Assembly: GCA_048013815.1 (NCBI GenBank)
Contig: CM106585.1
Span: forward strand, 6,448,001 to 6,512,000
DNA: 64,000 nt
Direction of reading: 5' to 3'
Source of the DNA: Setoptus koraiensis
Taxonomy: Eukaryota; Animalia; Arthropoda
Positions 46,930-58,145 of the stretch are shown one piece after another. Every line of letters begins with the position of its first letter. Positions within the stretch are counted from its first letter, which is position 1. Under the pieces are notes generated by a model. It was not told where the DNA came from. It ran no database searches and worked only from the letters and a program-made list of their open reading frames with translations. Made by a program: the position numbers and the translations under genes.

Positions 46930-48744
46930 TCACTTGATTTCTAGTTTGTGACCAGTTTCAGCTATCAGTGTCATTGTGTCTCTGGATTCATTATCGGATT
47001 TCAATCTCTCCTGTTGCACATAACGCCTCTGAGATTCGCTTAGATTATTGTATTCGTCTTGGGTCATTAGCTGATCGCGATCGATTAAATCCGGATGATT
47101 GCCTAAGTCGAGCATTTCACTAGCAAATTCTGCTTGTTGATTAGTGGGGTCAGCTTGCATCGGCGTAGTTTGTTTGTTGATGTTGCCCGACCATTGATGG
47201 TGGCACGGCGATCTAAAGTGATTTATATAATTGGACAACGAGTCCAATGGTCGATCGGGTCTAAATTGGGCCAAATCACTGTAATATTTGGAGCAATCAC
47301 TGGCGTTGTTTGCAAACCACGGCTGCCCATCACCGGCATCGGCAGCGCTAGCGTGTTTGTGTGGCATCAATAGGCCATTGGTGGACTCTTGATTAGATGG
47401 ATGACTATTCTTTCTTTGCGGTCGTTCTTTTGTTTGCTTATTGGCCGGCGTTTCATAATAAATGGTCTGATGGTCATGCATAGCCCCTTCGGCGGGGGCC
47501 ACAAGCGTGTTGTGCAAGCCTGTGGACAGCTCTTGATTGTGAATATCGTCGTTGATTGCTGATTCCTCATAAAGTTGATTGTTGTTGTTGTTGTTGCTGT
47601 TGTATTGATCGAACTGACGCATTCTATTCAGGTAATCGCGTATCCTTGTAGCCAATTCATTCTCTGCACCAGTTGACGGCATGCCCGTGCTCAACTGACC
47701 CGGGTTGCCCATCATTGTATCGATTGGCCTATTAGAATACTGGCTGTAGACGGGACCAAGCTGGGGAACTTTGTTGCCGGCTCGAAGAGCATCATAAAGA
47801 AGCTTACGTCTGCGCCAAATTTCCTTCTCTTGTCTTGGATCAGGTTGAGCCACCAGTTTCACTAGAGGCCCCAATAGGTAACCCATTGGTAGAGAGAGAT
47901 AGGCAATCTCTATGGCGTGGAATAACATTACCAATATGGCCGGATTTGAGAGGACGGCGCCAATGAATTTTGGATTTAGCATGGCCAGAGGCCATTTCAG
48001 GAATGGGTTCAATTTGTGAGTTATGGTGTGATAAAGTTTCGAATTGTACCACCTTTTAATGAGCGGTTGTCGTTTGATTGAGGCCATTTGTTTGCCGTTT
48101 ATCAGAAATATGGGCGGCTTAAAGGGTGGCGGCCCGTTGGGCAGATAGTGTATAACTTGGTGATCGTGGTCCATTTTGTTCAGTGCTCGCAATTGCTGGT
48201 CGGATAATTGAGTGTTTTGTCTTGAGTTGCCTGGTGGCCACGACGCTAATTGATTTGTGCTTGGCCATCGGCCTTTCGAGGACACTGATAGAAAATTTTT
48301 ATTGATGTGCCTTTCGGGCCCATTGGACAGTCGTGCCAGAAAGCGCGACCACTTTTCTGATGCTTTCGCTATCTTCTGATTAGAATGATGATCCAACTGG
48401 TGACTCGATGATGCCGAGCTTGCCAGAAGTTGATGATTTGAATGCGCCAAGCAGCAGCTAAGTAGCAACATGTTGAACACAACGGAGCTCACTAAGTTCA
48501 GCTTGATGTGGGCGATCTGTGGTCTGATTTTGAGACTGTCAATTGTCTCTGAATATGGTGAATTATTGGTGCATGTGACTTTGGAAGATTTGCAATGGAT
48601 TCTATTTGAGTGTGTCTTTGCTTCGTCCATGCTGACGCGATCGGCGTGATAGTTTGAGCATGATTCGTGTAGTGATTTGTCAAGTATTTGAGGCATATTA
48701 AACTGTTCGTGTTTTGTCGTTTTATTTTTGCTTACCGGCAACAT
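46930..48744 (-). CDS. Orphan 604-aa protein, probably secreted or membrane-associated
   Basis: Long stop-free ORF in AT-rich DNA with hydrophobic segments (LVSSVVFNMLLLSCCLA; AILVMLFHAIEIAYLSLPMGYLLGPLV). I recognise no family. Confidence 0.75.
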   Translation of the reverse strand: MLPVSKNKTTKHEQFNMPQILDKSLHESCSNYHADRVSMDEAKTHSNRIHCKSSKVTCTNNSPYSETIDSLKIRPQIAHIKLNLVSSVVFNMLLLSCCLAHSNHQLLASSASSSHQLDHHSNQKIAKASEKWSRFLARLSNGPERHINKNFLSVSSKGRWPSTNQLASWPPGNSRQNTQLSDQQLRALNKMDHDHQVIHYLPNGPPPFKPPIFLINGKQMASIKRQPLIKRWYNSKLYHTITHKLNPFLKWPLAMLNPKFIGAVLSNPAILVMLFHAIEIAYLSLPMGYLLGPLVKLVAQPDPRQEKEIWRRRKLLYDALRAGNKVPQLGPVYSQYSNRPIDTMMGNPGQLSTGMPSTGAENELATRIRDYLNRMRQFDQYNSNNNNNNQLYEESAINDDIHNQELSTGLHNTLVAPAEGAMHDHQTIYYETPANKQTKERPQRKNSHPSNQESTNGLLMPHKHASAADAGDGQPWFANNASDCSKYYSDLAQFRPDRPLDSLSNYINHFRSPCHHQWSGNINKQTTPMQADPTNQQAEFASEMLDLGNHPDLIDRDQLMTQDEYNNLSESQRRYVQQERLKSDNESRDTMTLIAETGHKLEIK

Positions 48745-51515
48745 TTCGTCTCATTATGGTCGCTGGTGTGTCTTGGCGCATTGCGTTGCACTCGGCCCGC
48801 TGGCTAAAATAATAATTCAACTCATCGCTCTAACATACATCCCAAGACATAAACGCAGAGACATGGATGATATCAGAAAGTTTGTAGCTCGCCGGGCTGA
48901 CCAACGGCTAGTTTAGGTGGCGCACATTGTTGTCTGGTGTACATAATGAGTGAAAGTATTCATTGGTTGTTGGCGCAATTTGCCGGCGCAACGATGCTGT
49001 CGTGATAGGCAGTAATTCATCATTTGCGAATTGCTTACATCACTGCTGTTGTAGCTGACTATACTAAGACTATACTACTGGCTTGATATACAAATAATGA
49101 TCCTTAAATTCCAGCTCGACCACCTGTTGACTCGGCCATTTGTTTGATACGGCTCTCACCAATGTATTGTTGTGTTTGTGTGATGGAAGCCACTCGATTA
49201 TGATACGGCCCGTTTATTGCTCACTGAACACTATTAGCTTGCCTGATTAAATTTATCCACGCTGCTCTGTTGGACTTTGGCTAACGCTTTAATAAAGAAG
49301 TTTTGCTGTTCGTGTGAATATAATAAGGGTATTTTAAGGCTTGCAACTTGCAATATCCAATATCTGCTCGGCCGGCGCTACTATCGCACACTACTGACCA
49401 ACGCTAATCTAATCAATCGACAACCGTTGGCAGTGGCCACAGCGGTGTTGCGAGAGCCACTTTCTTGCCGCTTGCTACTTCACAAATCACACATAAATGA
49501 TTTTTGTTGTTGATTATGGTTATGCCGTTTGTTTACAATTCTCAGCCATTAGGCTACACGCTACAAACATGTACAAATAGTAAGAGTGGTCAGAATCATA
49601 CAGAAGAACCCTTCTTTACTGTCGCTGGCGTGTTGCTACTCTTGTCGTCGCCGTTGTCGTTGCAGAATCACTTGTTGTGGCGTTCTTTGTTAGGATTCGC
49701 TGGAATTCATCTTGAAATAATAATAATAATTTCTCTCTACTCCTCTCTACATTAGCTGAAGCTTCACAACAATAAGTAAACTTCCCCCTGAAGTGCTAAT
49801 CCCACCGATTGAGCCATGGCGCTTTATGCCATGGTATTATTAATAGTTGTGTCTGTTATTTTAGTTTTCCTCTATGGTCACTATTGCGCAATTCTTTCAC
49901 AAGATAATTGGAGGTGGGCACTCTGATAATGAAGATGTGCGGCAGTGGCAGCAGCAGCGAATGGTGATCATGTTTTCCTTATATCAAATCTCTTTGTCTT
50001 TTCTGTCTGGACAAAATAGTTGTTATTATTATTACTATTGCAACTATGATAAACTCGCCTTTGTTTGCACGGCCGGCTTGATGCGCTGCCTTGATGTCTG
50101 CATAAAGTAAAGTTACTTTTTGTGTAATATTTGCATCGCTACACCTGACAACGTTATATCTGACCACTGTGACTGACTGTCTGACTGACTGACAAATGTA
50201 TAGTTTGATTAGCATGCTTCCTGAAAATGTATATCTAAAATTAAATTCTTGATTAAAGTGCCTACGAACACACTCTGGCCTACACTGGCCAGACTTCGAT
50301 GCGCGGACACAATCAACGGAAATCGAAATGAGATTTGCATCTTGTTCTCAGGTGAAATCCGTTTCGCTCGCAGCATCAGATTAAACTTCTGGTGGCGTAT
50401 CTCCCATCTGACTTGATGTCTGACGCAGTCACTCTCGCTGGTGGAAAGCCAGTGCTGATTCGTAAAAACTTATCAGTGGCTATTTGTAAACTTACCAGTT
50501 GAGTTTGTTTGCAGTTTAGGCGGTAGCTATTTGAGGTCATCACCATCGATGATGGAATTCGCTAATGCGAAACGGACAAATTTGACGGCGTATAAATGAA
50601 CGATAAAAAGGAGAGATGGAAAAGTAAAAATAAAACTATTTCGGCCACTTGTTGAGTTCTCTAATCAGTTACATCCGATCTATTAATGCTCTAGATAGTA
50701 CCTGTTCAGCGCGCTGCATTTGCACAAAGGTGCTGCCTATGAAAGCGTTAACAAGTGCTCGACAACAATGGACAACACTTTGACAGACCACGACTTGTGG
50801 CGATTAAAATCTATCATGACGATAGAAATTGGTGGTGCAAAACTATTCACAAATTGAATGTTACGCTGTCCATCGTCACTATAAGATAATAAGACGTCTA
50901 GGAAAGTCTATTTATTATGTCTAGTAGACGGCGGATCTATTCAAAATGCGAGACGCTCGAGAAGAATTTCGAAAGTAGAACTACTGCCAGAGTAGACATT
51001 CGGCTCCAGAGTTCAACGAGATTGAACAAAGGAGCCGAATGTCAAACTAAATAAACACTCGACGGTTCTCCAGAATTGACTTTGTTTAACTTTTTATTTT
51101 TAGACACGCCACCACTACTGTATTTTCTGCATAATCAGTAGCTCCTTTGTTACACACAACGTTAATGGGCATGATGAGAGCTTCAATTCATTTGTTTGTA
51201 CACAATGACACAAGATGAAAAAATGAAATTGTTTCCCTCTAAACGGTTCACAATCGATTTCAGCCGAGTTAACATTATGTTGGTGGATTCGCTATGAAGA
51301 CCGATGGCGCGAAGCAACTAGCATTTTTCGAGTCGATCGAGTTACGAAAATTGCTGGATACACGAGTGCATGCTTGGATGCTATGCAAGCCATAGTTGTG
51401 ACTTGTAATTTTTAATTCTCATGGAAAGTCATCTGGAAATTTTAATTGACTGAAAATGCAACAATTCAAAGGTGAACACTGCTTTTTAGGTGAGACAAGG
51501 GGAGATCAGAAAGTT

Positions 51516-52259
51516 TCAAATAATCATGCTAGGTATGTGTAATCCAGCGCCCATCATGCCTGCCTGGAGTTGTTCAGCAGTTACTGTTCCTGGGAGACGC
51601 TGACAATCTTTGTTGAAGACCGAATAGGCACTGAGGTCATTTTTTCTTCTACGTCTGTCGTTGAGATTGGTCAAAATGAGATAGAAGCATGCAAAAATGA
51701 AAAACACTGCCCCGAATTGAAGGCGGAAAAAGATATATTGAAATATCAAATATATCAGGAATTTAAATAGAATCCAGCGAACTTTTCTCGGGCGACAGCC
51801 CGTGCATAGGTTTGTGGCGTCTTCGAAATCTATATCGTTGGATGATATGTCCTTGTCAAGCTGGTCAATATTGTCTTCATCAGAGAATTTGTCACATAGT
51901 TCATCTTGCGATAGTAACAATCTTTCAACGTCGTCCTTATCGATGCTGTTTCTATTTGCACTAGATCTAGAAGTGATTTGCTTCTTATTATGAGATAAAA
52001 ACCCATGCTTGGCTTGGTTAAATAAAGCGCTGGTTTTGTTGCTATTTCCTGGCTTATCAAATTGCACGATATTATCCTTTTCCTTTTTGGTTTCATGATT
52101 ATTTTCTTCTGATGCTTTAGCATCGCCACCAATCATGGATTTAAAGTCTAGCCAACCTCTCACTGATTGCTTGAAATTGTCCACACGGCGTTGCTGTCGG
52201 AAACGTTTCAGTCTATCCTCATAATTGTGTAAATCGTGCAATTTGGGCAAGGAATTCAT
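51516..52259 (-). CDS. SAYSD1: SAYSvFN-domain protein
   Basis: N-terminal EDRLKRFRQQRR, transmembrane hairpin, then LQFGAVFF...LSAYSVFNKDCQRLPGTVTAEQL. ATG at 52259. Confidence 0.93.
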   Translation of the reverse strand: MNSLPKLHDLHNYEDRLKRFRQQRRVDNFKQSVRGWLDFKSMIGGDAKASEENNHETKKEKDNIVQFDKPGNSNKTSALFNQAKHGFLSHNKKQITSRSSANRNSIDKDDVERLLLSQDELCDKFSDEDNIDQLDKDISSNDIDFEDATNLCTGCRPRKVRWILFKFLIYLIFQYIFFRLQFGAVFFIFACFYLILTNLNDRRRRKNDLSAYSVFNKDCQRLPGTVTAEQLQAGMMGAGLHIPSMII

Positions 52260-52664
52260 TGGGGCTCCTGCACATAGTAAAAGGCTTATCAATAGTTACT
52301 TCAATTGTTCGTGTTGATTGGTATTTGGTCGCTAATTGAAGCATTTCTAAATTTATGTAATGTCACTAACGCTGTCTTCATCTCGCGAACAGAGCGAGAA
52401 AGAGAAAAAATAACATTACGGAAAATCAGCTGTTCTCTGTTCGCATTCCGCAAAACAATGCGGACCACTACACATGTTTCACCATGAATCCATCCAGAAC
52501 GAATTCGTTTATTGTGACTCTAGGTCTTACCGCCAATCATCCACTAGAACTTACGACTAGCTACAAATATAGACCATAACCTAAAGGATCTAGAGGATCT
52601 CGGCTTGGATCCAATCGTAATCGCTCCATATCCGACAAAGCTACAATCAGCTCAGTGGTGAGTT

Positions 52665-52925
52665 ATGCCTCGAGTTTACCCTGAGGACGCTGATGAGGAG
52701 GCGGTCAAACCAGCCAAAAGCAAACCATGCTCAGAGATTAGGAAGGATTTCAAGCTTTGCATGTTGAATACCGAATGTGTTTCAATTCACAAAAAATCCG
52801 TCAAGCAATGTTTCAAAGACCACGAGGTCCCTCTCGAATGCGAACAATTGCGAGTTCTACTGTTCGAATGTAAAAGAAGCCTGTTAGACAATAGATTGAG
52901 ATTTCGCGGCCGAAAGGACTATTAA
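52665..52925 (+). CDS. COA5: Cytochrome c oxidase assembly factor 5 (Pet191 family, twin CX9C)
   Basis: CSEIRKDFKLC...EC...KQC...EC...LFECKRSLLDNRLRFRGRKDY. Confidence 0.93.
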   Translation: MPRVYPEDADEEAVKPAKSKPCSEIRKDFKLCMLNTECVSIHKKSVKQCFKDHEVPLECEQLRVLLFECKRSLLDNRLRFRGRKDY

Positions 52926-53380
52926 ACAATTATAGAATGTGATCAGAGGAGTTACTAGTCAATTTATTTAGGATAGACGAAGAATTGTTACTTTGATGTC
53001 CACCAAACAGCCCCAAGGATCTGTAGTTTTTGCTTTAGACCGAACTAACACTGCAGTCTCGGCAGCTCCCGAATAGGCCATATCCGTGATCTAATCGACG
53101 ACAATGATTACGAGTTAGATAATATGTTTATCTAATCTCGAATATTCATCGTACCTGTTCCATGTTACCTGAAGAGTTACAGCATAAAATATCCCCGTCT
53201 CACGCTCATGGAATATACCTCGCTATATAAGTCACTGAATATCTCTAATTTGCTTCCTAATTTCTGTTCCAATATTCACAATATAGATGTTGCGAACCAG
53301 TCAAATATTAAATTTCATCATTTTTATTTGTTCTTTTTTCAAGCGTTTCGAATTTATTTAACAAATGGATTATATTTAAA

Positions 53381-55534
53381 ATGTATCCCGAAATAATAGT
53401 CACATACGTTGCACTCTTATTAGCTATACACATTAGAAGCGCAACTTTATCTATAGAATTAGACTCAGAAAGCACTGTTCTAGGTGACAGTTTAGATAAT
53501 TTTATAAACAACAACGAAAGCAACGACGTAGACGTTATGGGTGGCCAAATCACAGAGCATAGTTCCAGTATCAATGATCAACAACAGGTGAGCGTTTTGA
53601 AAAAGAGTGTTATAGAAGGCCTTGAAGGGATGCCCGAGTTTGAATTGGTTGCAATCAATAAGCGATTATCTCTGCCGGCCATACACAAATACCAAACAGA
53701 AGAGGGACTGAATAGAGGTTTGGTGATAAAAAGAGAAAATTATCAAAATTGTATAAAGCGTTGCGTCAATCTGATGACTCAATGCGATTATGTGTCATTC
53801 TGTATACAATCCAGACGATGTATTATTATGTCACTGAGTAAGGCTAAGTTACATTTCGGCAACAACAACAATGGAGATCAGATTCACAATACCGAATCAA
53901 CGCCAGGAAGTTCTTCGTCGAGAAGACTTTTGAACGACGACGAGCTTTCACTGATATCAAGCGAAAGCGACGATTGTTCTATATTAAATAGACAGTATCT
54001 TACGTTGTTTCAATTAAATAAGAGCGCGACTTACGTAAAGAATTCACATGATTTGAATTCTAGAGTTAGCGTTCCAAAACTGGAGCTTGGAAATGGTTCA
54101 AAACTGAAATTGGAAAAACTTGATGATTATTTGAGGGCCAAGATTTCTATTTGGACTCAGGATGCTAAAGATTGCTCTTTTGCTTGCATTCACGAAACAA
54201 AATTCAAATGTCTCTCATTTGACTATTGCCCGTCTCATAGTGCAAATCAAAATGACGATCAACTACAAGAAACAACTGAATTAAATACATCTATTGACAC
54301 CGATAACATCGGATTGGACGAATCAATCCAAGCAAGACGATTGAAATTATTGAAACAGATAAGAAACAAGCGACAGGCCAAATATACAAGAAATTGTTTC
54401 CTGTATAATTGGCGCAAGTCCGACCTAGACAAATTTTCTCGACTTCAGAATATAATAAACATTTATGTAGGCAAGAGATTGATAAGGAGTGTGGCCGAAG
54501 GGGAGGACAGCATCAAGGTGATTGAACCGATCGAGCCCGAAAGAAATGAAAACAAAGCGTCCATGGGAACCCAATTGACATGCTATCATTATTCTATGAA
54601 CCTCATAGGCGATTTTAAGCGAACCCAATCAAAGAGACTGAACGATAACTTAATTGATATTGTTGCAATCAATAATAATGATATAATCGATTTGACCACT
54701 AATGCGAGAAAAATTCAAACTAGCTTAGTGGGCACAGTTGTAGATGTGGAAAAGTGCGCCAAATTATGTTTGGAGACCAAGGGTTGCAAATACTTTCATT
54801 ATTGTCTAAATCATTCAATTGATGGCACAAATTCGGACGGCGACGATAGCTTAAAGGCAGAATGTGCCATGTCCTACTCAATCATCATGACGAACAATAA
54901 TAGTGATAATAACAGCGATAATGATAATGGCAATAAATTGACGGCGAAAAAAGATATGACTCTCAACAGCAACAACCAAGACGACAATGCCATTGAAAGG
55001 GAGAAATTAAAAAATTCCAGCAACAACAATAACAACAGCCTACTTGACGATGCCAATTGTTCATTATTTGAATTGCAAGAAAGCGGAACCCTGGCAAGAT
55101 TGCTCTATTTAGTGAGCGATGATTCAGGGGGCGAATTCAGCAAGTACGAGTATTCTTCTGGGCTAGATATAACTTCTTCTTCGTCTTTGTCCTCGTTGCA
55201 TGACGAAGCAAGTAGATTGACAATGAGAAAGGAGCATCACGGAATGCGAAGCGTCTCCACCATCATCGGCCAATGGGTCTTTTTAGTGATTGTAGTATCG
55301 TCGATATTTATAGTGGGCGCCACAGCTTGTGCCACATTGATTCATCATATTGTTGATTTGAAAAGATTTAAAATAAACCGAGTGGCACATCACCGCACCT
55401 GTAACAGCGTCCAAGGCAGCGGTAACGGTGGCGTGGATTCATTCGAACAGGGCGACCAAATGTCCGAGAGTTGCAGACGAGGCATAGATATTGCATCTGT
55501 TGGCAAGAGCACATCAATCACAGTTGCCACCTAA
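53381..55534 (+). CDS. Type I membrane protein with PAN/apple-like modules, intronless
   Basis: Signal peptide; three C-x3-C-x5/7-C-x2-F/V modules (CIKRC...CDYVSFC, CSFAC...CLSFDYC, CAKLC...CKYFHYC); TM segment WVFLVIVVSSIFIVGATACATLI; short cytoplasmic tail. Confidence 0.8.
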   Translation: MYPEIIVTYVALLLAIHIRSATLSIELDSESTVLGDSLDNFINNNESNDVDVMGGQITEHSSSINDQQQVSVLKKSVIEGLEGMPEFELVAINKRLSLPAIHKYQTEEGLNRGLVIKRENYQNCIKRCVNLMTQCDYVSFCIQSRRCIIMSLSKAKLHFGNNNNGDQIHNTESTPGSSSSRRLLNDDELSLISSESDDCSILNRQYLTLFQLNKSATYVKNSHDLNSRVSVPKLELGNGSKLKLEKLDDYLRAKISIWTQDAKDCSFACIHETKFKCLSFDYCPSHSANQNDDQLQETTELNTSIDTDNIGLDESIQARRLKLLKQIRNKRQAKYTRNCFLYNWRKSDLDKFSRLQNIINIYVGKRLIRSVAEGEDSIKVIEPIEPERNENKASMGTQLTCYHYSMNLIGDFKRTQSKRLNDNLIDIVAINNNDIIDLTTNARKIQTSLVGTVVDVEKCAKLCLETKGCKYFHYCLNHSIDGTNSDGDDSLKAECAMSYSIIMTNNNSDNNSDNDNGNKLTAKKDMTLNSNNQDDNAIEREKLKNSSNNNNNSLLDDANCSLFELQESGTLARLLYLVSDDSGGEFSKYEYSSGLDITSSSSLSSLHDEASRLTMRKEHHGMRSVSTIIGQWVFLVIVVSSIFIVGATACATLIHHIVDLKRFKINRVAHHRTCNSVQGSGNGGVDSFEQGDQMSESCRRGIDIASVGKSTSITVAT

Positions 55535-57873
55535 GGGCTGTCCCATTGCTGTCCGGCTTTAGAGCTTTCAAAAGCTGTAAAAGTTGTAATTGGCTTACTT
55601 ACACACACTTACATACATACATTTGATGTTATTGAGAAGGTGAAATATGTTATGTAACAGCAACAACGACAAGAGCGAAAAATGATTTAATGGGCGATCG
55701 TGCGTGAATAATTTTCATCAATGATATCCAGATAATAACTGTTGCTGGTGTTGCCTAATATCTGTTATAGTGACACAAACACAGACTTACAAAGATAATA
55801 CACACGAAACAATAATGATAAATAATAAAAAAAAATAGCCTTTCCATTATCCGTTCTCTATATTCTTTGTGCTTGCAGTGACCTGAAGATTTTTGTGTGA
55901 CTAATCAGGGCCGACCTAAGCTTGTCCAGCTTGCAACTAAAACAGGAAGAGCGTAGCGCCTCAAATATCGATCCAATTCGATTTGAGCTCGACGCAATCG
56001 ATTTGTTTGTCTGTTCACAATGCAACAGGTGTTGACTTTGGATCATTTAATGGCTCATTCGAGTGAGGGAGAGAGTGAGTGAAAGGCAAGTGAAAGGGAA
56101 CCAGACATAACGAAAAGAACAACAACGGCAAATTCAATCAGTGGAATTGGCGGAGAAAGAGAGATTTTCCCAATGAGCTAGTGATCAGCAGCACACAAAG
56201 GGCGGCGAGAAAACACCATTATACGGCACTTGAATTGGATGTTTGTGTTGCTCAATCTATTGTGTATTTGTTGTAACATGCATTACAGAATGGCAGCAAT
56301 ACTAGAGAGAGAGAGAATGTAATGAAATGCTCCAAATGATCTCTTTGTGTCCGTTCTTGTTGCGTTCCTCTCTAACAAACACTTCACCTGTTGCGCTTAT
56401 TGCGTCCAGACTAGCGCACATGAACCGATAGCGGCTCGCCACAGCAACGACAACGACAACGGCAACATCTACAACGAGACGAAGAAGAGAAAAAATAATA
56501 ACGACACACACAGTTCGTACCGTGTTCGTTCGTAGGTGCAATGAGTGGATGGATTTTCGCAACGGTAATCTGCTAACAACAACGACGACAATCGATCAAT
56601 CATGACGTTTATTTGTGACCAATTTTGATGTTGCCCTATCCATGCTATCTGCTGGCAAGCTCGCTAAAGAGACTCTTTGGCGAGCTAGCCTGGTAATAAT
56701 AAGCAACGATGAAGAAGTTGCGGTTGTCTCTCGTTCGTTTTTATTGGCGCCTTACGTAACATGGGCCGGCAACAGCAACAACAATGACAGCAACAACAAC
56801 AAATATCGACAGTAACGACATTCATAAATCCTCGATATTTCGACCACTTTTGTGAAGCGATTGGGCCCGGTGCCGCCGGTGCCGCCGCCGTCACTGCGCA
56901 CTGGACGTGACTAGCCCACTTCCTGATGACTGTTATGGAGCTCGCACTTATTTCGGGCTTCGAAATTCCAAGTTCCAATCGATCAGTCTCAAGCCAGTTG
57001 TGTGTTGTTTTGGCTGGATGCAACGAAAACAACAGCGCCGAGTTGCGCTAATCAATCAGTCACATTCTGTTTACCTGCTAATTGGTGTTAGCGGCCAGCC
57101 AGCCAGCTCTCGAGTTTAAAATATTATTGCTGGCTCTGTGGCGGTTGCCACAGGCCTGCGATCAATGCGAAAAGACGAGGGAATGGGGGTGAGGGAAATG
57201 GATCTACATTGATTGTTGTAAATGGCAAAAAAGTATTTCTTTCTTCATTCCATTTCAATATCTGCTGTTTCGGCGGCTGCTGCTGCCCGGCTCATATCTG
57301 AGTGACGCAATCTGACAGTTAGTGTTGAGTGGCTGACACACACACTTGCATTGGCCCCATAAAGATTCTCGTTCTGTTTGGACGAACGGGCAACAAGAAT
57401 AGGTAAACAAGATCAACGGCTAGCTTAGGGCTATTTAATGGTTGTTTGTTATGCCAATAATTGCCATACAACAAACCTGGGCCTGTGTGCCTATATGGGC
57501 AGCCTACACAAGCACACACACAACTACATTATCAAAGTTTGGAATTAACATTAAGTTTAACCGAAGCAACAAGCCGAGTCACCGATAACGACAGAAACAC
57601 GATTACCGTTATCTCGTTTGCCGTATTTGTGTGTATGTCCAGTCTGAACGGATACCGTACTGTTTGCAGCCATCGCAAGTATGCTTGCAGGGCAGCTTGT
57701 CATAAAAGCTACAACCGATGATGTGGATGATTATTCATAATTTATCATGAATACTGCCATTGCTGCCGCTGCTGCGTCGCTGGACAAATGCACACGAAAG
57801 AGATCATGATGATGGTTTCGTTGCTCTATTACTCTGACTCGGCATCGCGATCACTTTTATTGCTGTCATTATT

Positions 57874-58109
57874 GTGTGTGTGTGTGTGTGTGTGTTTATT
57901 TCGACAATTCTCTCTCGCCGGCCCTCGCTGCCTGCTTCCGTTGCATAACCTATTACAACTTTCTTGATAATGCCACTGCTGCCGTTTAGCGGCCGTATCT
58001 CGCTCGAACGTTCGTTTGATCACCATCAGCATCATCATCATGTTTTAAGTAGTGCAGCTGAATTAGAATTGAAATTGTGATGAATTAAATTGTGTTTGTC
58101 TGCACTCAC

Positions 58110-58145
<36 letters not shown>

